From positions 3,681,950 to 3,745,949 of the forward strand of contig NC_134026.1 in the NCBI RefSeq assembly GCF_964204645.1: 64,000 nucleotides of DNA, written 5' to 3'. Origin of the DNA: Tubulanus polymorphus. Lineage: Eukaryota > Animalia > Nemertea. Below, in pieces: positions 40,152-59,500 of this stretch. Numbering within the stretch: the stretch's first letter is position 1; every line of letters starts with the position of its first letter. The notes under the pieces are model-generated. The model did no database searches and had not been told where the DNA came from. It saw nothing but the letters and a program-made list of their open reading frames with translations. Both the position numbers and the translations under genes were made by a program.

Positions 40152-43100
40152 TTTTATCGCTATAGTTAATATGTGTATTTGTTTTCTTCAAGTGTGGTTT
40201 GACTTTTATATTTCATAGGGTATTCACCTATGAAGGGGATTCGAACACATAGTGACAGTAGACCAGCTGAATCAGCATAAAACATGGGGAACATCTCCCA
40301 GTATTTATCAGATTGAGGGGTCGATGTTAAGGGGGCCAAGTCGCTCTACAACTGACAATTACGACTAGAAGCAACTAACTGCACCGTACTACCAATCAGC
40401 AGCGACCGATTTCTTGCCAGTTGTGGTGATACAAAATGCCTAATATTTTACACGACTGGTTAGTCAGCAGCTACTTGCCTGAAAGGTGCACGCGCCTTCT
40501 ATATTCGAAACCCTTGCAGCATTCTTAGGGGAAGGTTCAATGTACTGACTTAATTATAGTAATCTATAGTCAACGTCTATAGACGATGTCATTTACGAAC
40601 AGATATTACTTTCATATTTATTACATTCACAAGGATACCGTACCTGCTGCCGATGACTAAACAATGCCGTGTGACAAGATATTATTCATGATACGCAAAT
40701 TGTACGGAAGCGAAGCCAACACATTAACAGGAAGGCGACGTAGGGAACGGCAAAATGCGAGACAATAATGATATTAAAAACGCTGAAATTGAAATCTTTG
40801 TATCCGATGGTGATAGCTGATAATGTACGTTCTGACTCCTGTCAACGTCTTAATCGCATCGCTTATATCCTCAATATCGGCGCTAAATTGGTATTTTGAA
40901 TGCGAAGGCAGGCGTTAACAGCAGTCATCTAGTCTATCGTGGATGCTTCATCGGAAATCATCTCTAAAACAATGATATCGAATACGAATTTATGATCGCA
41001 CGATAAAACGCCGGTTTGTAAGGAATGGGCACCACGTCGTAAAAAAAAACGTGCTCGTCTAATTTCTTAGCAGGTTTCAAATCATCAAATTAAGAATGCG
41101 AAATATCCGTCCAGTTTCAAATACCAACTGCATTACGCAGCGGGGAGTGCAGGGCTTAATGGCGAAATAAAAAAACGCATTCACAAAACGGTTCTGTAAA
41201 TTTTCATTTCAGCATCGTTCTAATTTTTCGAAGATTCAAACTTTTATGTTGTACGAAAATGACAAAGCTGTCATTACACCATTATTTTCATTGGCGAAAA
41301 ACATAAATTTCAAAACTTCGCTGAGAGCTATAACTAGGACATTGAGACAATGGTTACGCGGTATAATTTCTAACCTAAGGTGCCGAGAAAGTGTAATTTG
41401 CCGCGCGATTTACAAATTCTAGTTTATAGTTATGTCTAATAAATCAAAATGAACACAAAAACAACATGCTAATTGGACGTCGCCACCAGGCAAATTATGG
41501 GTTGAGGTATACACGACACTTTTGCGGAGAAAATAACGGAATAGCCCCGAGGGCGGATTCACCTGATGGCTGAATACTTTGGACTGTGGTAGGATGGACT
41601 ATACCTGCAATTTCGTCCACACCATCCGGTAATGCCGGAAATCCCATAACGCCGCAAAACCTCAGGCGGCAACCCGTAATAAAACAGTTGGTTAATAACT
41701 TCATTCAGACGCTGATTTCCACTTTCAAACGATTATCATAAAAACTTGTAAAACCCAACCGAGCCAAAGGCTAAATGATAATATTTGTTTTTAGACGTGG
41801 ACATAAATCATCGAGATGGGGCCGCGACAGTCATTATAAACACATTGATTACCCTGGTCAATCTCTATTTACATTTCAAATCCGTCAGTAGAACCGAGTC
41901 CATAGGATTGGGACACATCTGTCAAGCTTTCGAACACAGTTTTTCTTCGTTTTAAGGTGGTTGATGCCTGCAGTATAGTATCAGGATCTGGTTATACTTT
42001 TTGTCTGACATGGACAGACATTCATTTATCCTCAAAAGAACATCGGGGAAAATCATTGGTTATTGGCTTAGGCTGTGCTAGGCTGTGTTAGGCTGTGCTA
42101 GTTCCACATTTTGGCGACCCGATATTTGGCCATGGCATCCAAAGACGTCACAGCCAATTTTCGACCTTAATCGGGACTTCGAGCCTGGGTCCAGAAGGAC
42201 GATAAAGTTATTTTTTAAGACTTATTTATAATCGATACCAAAAAGGTCCTGAACCAAAGATTAAGACTATTTCTTAAGATTGGAGCCACGGTACTTTCGC
42301 GCCCAGCCAGATGGAAAGGTAAATCTTTCAAGGCTGATGGTCAAAGTCGGTTCCTAAAATGCATGTCTGACCAGATCAATGAGCAAACCATATAAATCTA
42401 GCAATTAATAGGATCAGTGAAGAGGAGGACCCGATTAAGATCAGACGATTACAAACATTAAAATGGGATCTCAAGTTTTGTGTCTCCAGAAGAATTATGA
42501 ATCACGGATAAATGAGAAAAAGATAGCGATATATGTTCACGGTAGATTACACAGCCGGTCGAGGTGGTCATTGAGTCGCATCAACATTCAATAAACCCCG
42601 AGCAAATGATGCGACCAATCACGGCGAAAATCGATGACATTAGTCAGTCTGTCGCAGTGGCATCATACATCATACGATTTGATCGCGATGTATCGAGATG
42701 TACCGAGCAGATTGTGATAATGATGATCGCGTCCAAGCACCGGAACTAACACCAATTACAGCGGAGCTGGGTAAAACAAAGGCCATAATCGAAGATAAAA
42801 TCATAATTCATGAAGCGTTCACTAGGGGTCACTGGTGTACTCGGGCCATTCGGGGGCAATTCATAAAATCCAGTGAATTCCTGGTTGGTTTAAAAATGAA
42901 CGCATAAGAATAAGCACAAATGTGTTATATATTCTTATGGGAAATATAACGATATTCATTGAACAGTTAAGAATGCAAAATCATTGTTTAGTGGACAAGG
43001 CTTGCAAAATCTGTTCATTTTCTGACAATTTCGGGGCTTATCTAAACCCCATCATCAGAGAAACTAAGATGATATGATAATGTTAATGATACTTGTGAGA

Positions 43101-44813
43101 TCTGAGATTAATATCAGTCCACCATTGGCTACCTTTTTCAGATGTAGTCTTAAACTCATGAATTTATCTTATAGAAAATGGGAAACATCTTATGCATAGT
43201 CCTTGAAATAGTAAGGTCAGGAGCTTCCGCTTATCGACAGTTGAAATTTGTCGTACCGAGTAAAACGGCATCCAAAATTCGATGAACATGTATTTCATAT
43301 TCTTTTGATCCCATACGGAAAGCTATCACCGAAGTGTTACTTTGCTTTTGGGCACTTCGAAGAAAAAATCATCACAAGAAATCAATAACATGAAAATGTA
43401 CTATAATTATCAGTTTATACCTCGAAGGGTGTGTTGTCGATTTCATCAGTCTCAGAAAGTTTTTACGCATAAATATCAACGATAATCAAAACTTTTCCTG
43501 GACATCAATAAGCGATCGATGGAAATCGTAAAGTGAACTCATAAAAGTTCAAAGTTCCATTTGCTATCATACAGTTATACTCGAAATTCAAAATCGACAG
43601 ACTAGAAACAATCGACACAATGCATTAACGATGAGAGTTTTATTGGGTTCTTTGTGATGGAATATCTAAGTGTTGTCTCCATCATGTTAGGTGTGGCACT
43701 TGATGATAGACAACAAGCATTTCCAATTTGGCCTTAAAGTATAAAATACACTTTTCAAATATCATTAAGCCAACACATTCGATTTTGGCGGGGCTGTTTT
43801 TCTAGTTAATTTGATCGTATGTATTCATTTAGTTGCTATTTCAAGTTTACTTTTGCGTCAAACACCAGCTAACACGTAGCACGCATTCCCGAGAATAGCT
43901 GCGAGCTAAACTTTCTCAGCGGCTACCGGCTACGAAATAGAAAGTTTTTTTCTAATTCTGTCAGTCATTTAAGACATTCGAAACCTTTTCTGACTTTTCG
44001 CCATGCCACGTGTTAACGCTTAATAAGCCGTAGTAACTTTCGTTATGCACTAACGCGGTGACAAACTGTACAATTATGGAAACGACTCAATAGATTTCAG
44101 AGATGCTGTGACCCAAGTTGGCTTATTACCGATATGTGATGTTACGATGACTGCGGGCAGTACGCGCGCAAAAGGCACGAAACCTAACGAAAATACGGCT
44201 AACTTGCCTCGAATACCCGTGCAGTAGTTCTTTTATGCTACCAAATACGAAATATCAGTTGGAACCTAATTTGCCGTAGGTTTTACAGAATCAAGCCAAT
44301 GGGTTCATATATTATTGATATTTCAATAGCTGCAGTGTTTTGATTTCATCAGTATTCTTTAAACGTCGTCAGATCTTTTTCAGTAGTTTGCCCGCCCTGA
44401 GGCTGTACGTCTCTTCATTATATATTGAATTACGTTTCGCTGAATGAAACTCAAATGCCTGCCTTTATTCCAGTAAATATTCATTAATATACGAATCATA
44501 TAAAAAGAACAATACGTCGTTCGTTCTCGAATATAATACGAAAACGATGACGTCGGTAACATTATCCGATAGATGTATTATTGCACTGAACGAATTGATT
44601 ACATTCAACTGAACACAAAATGTAACTAAATATCACTCCCGCAATATTTCCAAACCGCATCTAATGATCAAAACCTCACTTGTTTTTTTTTTTAGTGGTG
44701 TTCGGGGCAAATAAAAAGATGTCTATCTTTTTTAGTGAATCTATCTGAATTTCACCCTTCTAACGACGATGAGTACTTTTGAACAACACGTAGTCTCGCT
44801 TATACCATGGGCA

Positions 44814-44982
44814 CAGGGGCGGAATTGTGAGACTTATAGGCCTACAGGGCCATCAAATCTTTTTGAGGGCCTTTTTTGGCATCAACAAAGAAAATTGGTG
44901 CATTTCAGATTCTATTTTGGACATCAAAGTATCCTTTTGGGATGTGGCAAGCTCTTCGATCTAGCCCCTTGATCGGCCCCTG
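44814..44982. mobile_element. hAT-like MITE remnant
   Basis: Termini CAGGGGC ... GCCCCTG; TSD not evident. Confidence 0.3.
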
Positions 44983-46779
44983 TGGACTCAATTTCCATGA
45001 TTATACATAAAATATATACATACAATTAGGTCACTTTATCAAAAACGTAGGACATGTAATCAAATTTACAATAGAAAAACTGCACCTTTTGGCAGAAAAA
45101 TTACGACCCAGGTGATAGTCATAAAACATTACCAACATCCAACTATATTATTAACAAACACAATTGTATTGACTTATAATCCAGATGGCGATAATACTGT
45201 CACAAACACCATGATAAATGACATATTACCTTTCTCAGCCAGGTTCAGTATTTTTTTCTCCCCCAGAATCAACTTTTGTCATTGTGATATTCATCAAATT
45301 CTTTGACTTCCAAGTCCATCGTGGTTATTTGAAATGCACGATATTAGTCATCCTTGTTTACTTAGATTTATATTTTCGGAGTACAATTTTGTGAAATATG
45401 TATTATCGTAGATTAAATACGTTATCATCATGGACTATATCAATTTCACACTAATAGCTGAATCTGTTTGCTCCCAAGAAGAGTTAGTTATAAGCATTGC
45501 GCGAGACCAAAAATATCTAGGACTTACTTATTGCAGGTCCTAGGTAGGTGGAATATTTTCAAACTCAGTGGCAATGCTTCTCGTCGATTCATCGGCCTAC
45601 TGAAAATTTATTGTAGACCCATTTACCATTTTAACCATCAGGGAGAAAAGACATACTAGTTCTCCGTAAAGATGAAAGAGGCAGCACCTCCAAGGAGGAG
45701 GACGTGTTAGACAAATTGTGTTCGCAATACAACGGCTTAGTGTTGCAAACCAACGTCAGATGGCAACACATCCTAGTATTTTGAAACTGATATATCAAAA
45801 ACGCTAAATTTTCAATCAAATTCATTACTGTCAACAGAAATATTGGAAAATCGATTTTTCACGTCATTTCACAGTAATTTGCTGTCACCTGACGACCTAT
45901 ATAGCCCTAAATGCAAAGAAAACGTTATCTAAGAATTATTCTTAAAAGGCACCGCAACACCACGGTATCAATGTTTTACCACAAAAATACGTCAATTGGA
46001 AATGATATACGACTAAAATATGATGACCTCTAAAAATCAATGCCCTTTACCCACGAAAACTTCTCAATCACCGTGCCTGACTGACCGTGTCCACCGGCCA
46101 AAAAGCAAAATTTATGGAAAAGAATACTAAACGTACATGATTGGTGAATGGAAACCAAACAATTTCTTAAAGGAGGTGATTGTTTACTTTCAACTATTCT
46201 TTGCAGTGATAACGCGCTGCCCGTGCGGCGGGTGGATGGCCGTGTCTCCAAACTTTCGCCGGTTGGTCCCCTAACCTCTATCTCTAAACCTAACCCTTGT
46301 GACCCTCTGGATACAGTTATCACGATTCAAAAAGCCGCCATTTTTATCGACGACGTAGACCCTTTGGGACAGCGAGAGGGTTCGAACCCGAATCCAAGCA
46401 TGTGCAAGTTCTATGATCCAAGCATGTGCAACGTTTTGGCCACTTAGCATTCGGGTTCGAACCCCAAAGATATCGTTCCAAAAATATGGAATAATTGTTT
46501 ACGAAAATCAACAAAATCGTCAAAGGTAAGAATATATCAGAATGTCAGAAGAATGTGTATAGCGTGGACGATGCCATTTTTCATTAAAAAATGACAAGGT
46601 GAGTGAGCCGCTTCGAAAAGTGGTACCGTCACGTAGCGACATCTTTAGTATTATTTTGAACGCACTAAATCAGTTGAATAATGAGATCATTTTAATATCA
46701 AATTAATTAATTTGTAATTCATCGGGAATAAGTAGCAAAAATGCTCAGTAGCTAACTATAGATTTTAATTTTTGTCCCG

Positions 46780-47217
46780 CAAGCGTTTGACAGATGCACC
46801 GTCAGCTAGCGACATCTCCAGGGGATTTCTGAAATCGCAAAGCTATTGCGCCTGCGCAGAGCCGAGTTCAAGGAAAGAGCGCATGCGCAATGGGACATCC
46901 GACATTTTGCGCCAAGACGAATCGAGCAAATTTACGAGATTTTCATTTCGTATTTTGCTAATTTCTACTCCAACCTTTACCCGTATCGCCCTGAAATCGC
47001 TTGCAAACGTTCACGAGTTGATCGTAGAACAGATCGGTGTACGTTTCACGGCAATCGGTCTCAAAACTTCGCCGAAAATTGCTCGGAACGCGACGTCTTC
47101 GATTTTTTGTCCAACTCTCGGTCGTCATTTTAATATTTACTCTAGTTCGGTAAAAATGGCCGAACGTTTTTGTTTTTGTTGATCGTTGTGTTGTGTGAGC
47201 GTAGACGAATCACAGAC
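46780..47217 (+). promoter_or_regulatory. CpG-rich housekeeping-type promoter/5' UTR of PHF12
   Basis: Two NRF1-type motifs TGCGCCTGCGCA (46847-46858) and GCGCATGCGCA (46879-46889), a YY1-like AAAATGGCCG (47153-47162), and high CpG density just upstream of the ATG. Confidence 0.65.
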
Positions 47218-53681
<6,464 letters not shown>

Positions 53682-53969
53682 TTCGTCTGCGGACAAATTC
53701 AATATAAGAATGAAATGAGAGTGATGGAGAGAAGACGGTCGCATTTATGAAGATGACTTACAAGACGGAATGCCTTCTGTCAGGGTAAAAAGGAATACTG
53801 TATTCAGTGACTTGTGTAAAAAAACAATAACGTCTCAAAACGAAAAAAACATTTTAGCAGCTATTTTCTACGGTTACCGTGATTTGTATGTACATGTAAT
53901 ATGTAACTATGTGCTACTGTAGTCTTATACTAAAAACACTGCCATTTGAATACAATATAACTATTGTGT

Positions 53970-53975
53970 AATAAA
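53970..53975 (+). terminator. Probable PHF12 polyadenylation signal
   Basis: AATAAA ~290 nt after the stop codon, followed by T-rich sequence. Confidence 0.55.
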
Positions 53976-54055
53976 AAGATACACTGATTTTACACAGGGA
54001 AAATGTTAACTTATTTTCACTCTTTACAATGTTGTTTATCGTTTGAATGAATCAT

Positions 54056-54149
54056 GGTCTGGTTTTATAGACTGAGGTTCATTAACCCTATATATTTAAG
54101 GTCTAAGTATTGGTTCTAACAGACTAAAAAAAGTCTATAAAACTGGACC
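54056..54149. mobile_element. Small MITE-like element downstream of PHF12
   Basis: Imperfect 18-bp TIRs GGTCTGGTTTTATAGACT / AGTCTATAAAACTGGACC; no clear TSD. Confidence 0.4.
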
Positions 54150-56159
54150 CTAGGGGTTGGTTCCAGGGTCGAAGAATAATTATTGATAGGCTTGAATCTT
54201 AAAGATTTGTTGGATTTGGATTAATGTGATCAAAATTTACTTTGCCTAGTCTTAGGTCTTTTCTGTGGAATTGTGCCTGGGGCTGGAAATGTAAAAATCT
54301 GTCTTGTCACAACTAAGAGGATACCAAATACAGATTGTTTTATGTACACTGATGATATCATTGATATTTGCAGTATCATGTGGGTATGCTTGAAGATCAT
54401 TAGTCATGAATATGTTGGTTCTTCCATATCTGTTTAATTCGATGAAAATTGTCTTTATCTGTCTCCTGGTTGTTGATTTGAGAAATAGAATTTTACCCAC
54501 ACGCCTGCTGCTGCCCCCATATGAAAAGAATAACTTTCATAAAATTCAAATAACTGCAACAGTGATGATCTCTTTTGAAGATGAAGTTATTATTTACCCT
54601 TGTATATGATGTTATAAGATATGGTGCATTTTCTGACACAACTCGCTCGAGAGACAGCCAATCATTCGATTGTATCGAAAATGTGTATTTTTGATTGTAT
54701 TCAATAGTTAGAATACTCAAGTAAAATTCTTGGTTGGTTTAGAAATTTTCACACCTCGAGTAAATGCATAATATTTGTCTAACTTACGTTTAATTCATTC
54801 TAGAAGCAAAGAAATTAATCGAGCTATGATAATTACCGGTTGTAGATTGTCAAATTATCAAGGTACACCATAGATATGGTAGACTCCATCTTACTCGTTT
54901 TAATGACTACTTTCACCGATTTGAGAAGTAGCAGGGAAATTGAACGTCTTTCCAAAATTCGCAGACTTCCGCGTCGATTTGCACAATTCTGGGTTAAGAT
55001 TTGACTAGGGTCGAATTATTGAATATGAACTAATTAAGAAAAGAAAAATCTTAACACGCAAGCAGAACTGGGTCGAGTTAGGGAGTAAGGGGAGTCTGGT
55101 ATACAGGTGATTATTTGATTAGCTTACCGATTTTTCAGTGATTCAATTGCAGATATCTCGGACTGATAATAATGTCGCGATTGGCATTGTTTAAGTGTAT
55201 ATAGATATATATATATATAAAAATCAGGTTGTTTATATGTACATTGATTTGTGAATATGTAAATGATTTTAATCTGTGAATTTTTTGTTGACAGTTTATT
55301 ACGAATCTTGTTGAAACGCTGTGCAATCTTTTTTAGTTTCGATTTTCAATTTGTAGTATTTTGTTTTTCGTTTGAAGTTCATTCGTGCTAACTACTAGCT
55401 AGAATTTATTTTTTTGGCCTTGTGTCAATGCCAAGATGAGTAAATCAACATTAGTAATTTTGGGCATTTTAGAAAAAGGATTGGAAGATGTTAATCAAGT
55501 GCACGGCATGATGAAAAAAGACAATTAGAAAAAAAATATGTGATTGAATTTTTAGTAAAACAAACCACCTATGATGCATTGTAAATAGAAGATGGAAAAT
55601 GATGTGTACAGTTACGAATTAGAAAAATGAAGAGTTTTTAGTGTTTATTTTGTTAAGACATTATTTAATGTCCCATTAACTAATGTAATGAATATATGAT
55701 AATAAAAACATTGTCTATATATAGCATTTGTATGGCTTTGAAATTGTTCTCTTCACAAGTTCACCAGGGAATACATGTAGTAACAATCTGGTTTTATTTT
55801 TCCAAAATTACAAGAAATTTAAAAATAAATTTTTTATGGTCATTTGAAGTATCACCGGGTAGATTCCTATCCGGTTATTTGGGATGTACTGGTCAACCCC
55901 CAGTAATGTGCCCTCTAAAAAGTCTGAATTAGACTACCCTGATAGGGGCAAGAAAAGCTCCTTCCTTGTTAAATGTTCTGTTGAAGGTCCACCAAATTCC
56001 CACCATGTGGCCAAATCTGCCCTTTTAAAATTAAGTGTCATTGCTATTTCAGAGAATTAGCAAATGATATTGTGTTCTTTATATTCTATCTGCCAGTTAC
56101 TAACTACTTAAAGAAAGCAACTGGATTCTGACGGATTCGAACCCATGAATTTCCAGAAC

Positions 56160-56353
56160 ATCAGTTCCAGGAGGTGGCGCCATCTAAGATCCGCACAGCG
56201 ATCGTGATCCGACATATTTGCGTAGACAAAAGTAAACCAGGAAGTGAAATATTTCACAACAAATCACGATCGAATGGGTCCAAACCAAGGCGTCTGAGAC
56301 AAGGGAATATTTGCGATAGTCGTTCGTTTTTTTTCAGAGCCTATTCGCGGACA
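56160..56353 (+). promoter_or_regulatory. UNC119 proximal promoter
   Basis: ETS motif CAGGAAGTG (56238-56246), CTCF-like CCAGGAGGTGGCGC (56167-56180), and a local CpG rise upstream of the ATG. Confidence 0.5.
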
Positions 56354-56543
56354 ATGAGTGCTGACGTTAAAATGAGCGGCGGTAAGAAAAAAGGAGGCGG
56401 ATTTCTGTCTCGACAAGCGAAAGCCAGAAACAATAGCACATCGAGCAGCACCAGTAACAAAGACACGATTACTGAGGAAGAACTTTTAACTAAAGAGTCG
56501 ATAACGCCGAATGATATATTGAAATTGAATAAAATTACTGACA
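56354..56543 (+). CDS. UNC119: UNC119 coding exon 1
   Basis: [13 protein letters not shown]...[25 protein letters not shown]|gtgagt. Confidence 0.92.
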
Positions 56544-59500
56544 GTGAGTATGACTATGATTATTAATTTGATTGATTTTTGTTTTTCATATTTTCATTTT
56601 CACAGGCCGGGGCTTTTTCAATTAGCTTCTGCCATAGGCCTATTTGTTCCTCCGCTCCTGGCTCTACTCCCTGCAAGTTAATATAGGTTAACCCCACAAT
56701 TGGCTGGCCTTCCACTGTCTGTGATCAAACAATAGAATGGACCTGGTGTAAAACCATGAGTCAGGATCAAAGACTCATTTTTCCACTCCTCACTCATCCT
56801 ACACACACTTATTGACTCCATGAGTTTGATATTAATTTCAGTAATTTTGGAGTCTAGACCTGATTTGACTCCCTTTAAGCTTTTCAAATTCTCAAGCGTA
56901 ACATTTTCACTCAATTAAGCCCCGGTTCCTAGTTCAACAAATGTCAATCATCTTAACTGTAATTTAACGATAACCACACTCAAACGTGGTGAACGGATAA
57001 TAAGATAAAATCCCACTATTTACAGATTAAAAGAATTTAAAAACCAGAATTTATTTATTCAATCAAAAATAATCTATTTTATTCACACCTGACGATGATC
57101 TCTAGGGTGAGATCGAAACGTCGTGTCTTTTATATATTTTTCATTGAATAAATAAATTCTGGTTTTTAAATTCTTTTAATCTGTAAATAGTGGGATTTTA
57201 TCTTATTAACTTTAATTTGTTCATTTTCGGTTAGGCCCTAGTGCTATTTAACTTCATAAGCCAAGAGAGTCAGATTTTAAACAAATCAATAACTGCTGTA
57301 AACTGATCCTATAATCATTATCAATCTATTACTTATCATTACAGCATATTTATGTCCGTTGGAGGCCAATATTTTTGATATCGACTTCACACGATTCAAG
57401 CTTAGAGATATGGAAACATCAACAGTATTGTTTGAAGTAGCAAAGCCTTCAAGTCCAGGTACGGTATGGGATCTAAAGTCAGTCATCCACCTTCTGTTCT
57501 TGAAAGCGCATAATTCAGAGCCCACTTCAGCAGTATTTGACCATCTGTAGACGCTATTTAAGCCAATTTTCTGCTGTTTGTTTCTCTTTCAATTTGCCAT
57601 TTTCAACTTTAGGCTAAACAAAAATGATACCTTGTTTCTCCGCAGCGGCCGGGTCATTTTTGTAAAATATGATAAAATTTGTAAACAGTTCATTTCTATA
57701 GCGGCCGGGTCTGTAATGGTAAAATTGATCACGATTTTAAAAAAAGTAATGTATAGGGTAGATAGGCGGCCGGCCGGGTCAACATTCAAGCTCAGCAGAG
57801 CGGAGAAACAAGGTATCAATTTTTTTTAGCCTTACGGTCAAAGCTTCGTTCTGTGGAAGTGTATCTGGGTTATTTTATCTCAGTGTATGAGGTGTTAGAT
57901 TTAGATTTTCAGCATCATGTTTTAGGCTTGATTTATCGTGTTACATAGGCCCTAATATAATATTATAATCTAACCAATCACAATCTCAAGGGTAATATCT
58001 AAAAGTTCTCGTCCTTATCCGCGAAGGTCAGTTTTGTTTGTTTGAATTACGTGTTCTGTTGGCCATACCAGTAGTTCGTATACATTTACACAACAGGTCT
58101 CAAACTAGGATTAGTGGCCCTGTATGAAGGTAGTAATCAATTAGCTCACTGGTCAGTGCTCTGTTGATAGAATAAAGATTAGTTCCCTCATTAACGGTTT
58201 GGCCAATCCTAGACTAAGTCACCATTCCCTTCGAGATTATGAGTTTTTTTAATGAACCGAACCCTTGTTAGCCTTGTTGAATTCTGATGAGTCCACGAGT
58301 GGTTATATTCCTATATAGTGACTTTAGTTTCAATTTTCGAACAGAACTTCAATCGTAAGTTGAATACGCGGAAAATGCATCTAATGCGCAATGAATTTTA
58401 ACTATTTAGAGAGTCGGATAGATGATTCGCGTGTGGGGTTGATTTAATGCGAGTAGCCAGGATGAACACCGGCAAATTAAGAAATTTCCCTCGGGGGCTG
58501 AATTCAGTTGCTTTTATTAAACCCGGATCAATTGTTACGCGAATATATTAATATAAAAAGGGGTCATGTGGGTCAGGTGGCCTTAATGGGATGTTTAGTG
58601 GAAACGTGAACCTGATTGTTGTCAGCGATAGCTTCTCAGTCTCTGACTTACTTAGGCCGATGTTTTGCCGTATACCATGAACAATTATTGATATCTGGGA
58701 ATGTATTATCGATAATCATAGCAGACCGAATCAATAGTTCTCGGTTCATTTACTTATCTACTTCGTATGAATGATATGTATTTGAAGCAAATATGTATGT
58801 TCTGGTACAAATAGATCGGGCAAAGCGCATCATCCGTCCCTTATAATTTTAGGATCATTATTTCAAGCTTTTTTTTATCGCAAAACCCATATATTTCTGA
58901 GTAGAACCTCATTAAAATTAAGCTCAAGTGGTCCCCTGGAGAAAAAATGGATACCTCGTAGTTATAACCAATAATTTTTCGAGAGCTATCCAGTAGAGAA
59001 TCGTTAAAACTTTCCATTCGGACCATAAATGAAAATTGGGGTCGAAATATCCGATAAAACAATGTGGATATAACAAGTACATCATGTATGTGTCGTCTAT
59101 TCATGTCATTTAATGTATATGTATGATGTATGGATAAGACAGAAGACAGCTAGATTCTCACGCTGATCAGAAATCAATATCAAAATTTTACCAAAAACCG
59201 TCTGGTCATCACACGAAATGACTTATTATCAGCGTACCCTGTTTATTTATCTAGTTACTATGGTAACCACTTAACCGTGTAAAATGATATAGTCTCTCGA
59301 TGCATGGTTACGTAGTGAATATGGTGATGGAATTGAACTTCTCGGTGATGACTTTAATTAGCAGAAATTAATGATAATTAATCATCATGGGTATTATCTA
59401 ACTATGATGTAATACGTATGACTCGGGCTATTGGGTGCATTGATGTAAGATGATCGGTTATATTTATCGCGGAACCGGTTTAGGGAACCGGAAATATTTT

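Noticed and set aside
46270-46345. Telomerase RNA template (CCTAACCCT)
   Set aside because: No compatible pseudoknot or H/ACA domain found downstream; the motif is common in repeats
55852-55877. miR-36-like TCACCGGGTAGA
   Set aside because: Folds back on itself as a short hairpin; no pre-miRNA architecture
56174-56353. N-terminal extension of UNC119 from the GTG start in the ORF track
   Set aside because: Non-ATG start running through promoter motifs; ATG 56354 has a good context (ACAATG)
58284-58302. Additional hammerhead core CTGATGAGTCC (also CTGACGAAGTCC at 35432)
   Set aside because: No closing stem II followed by GAAA and a cleavage site; incomplete
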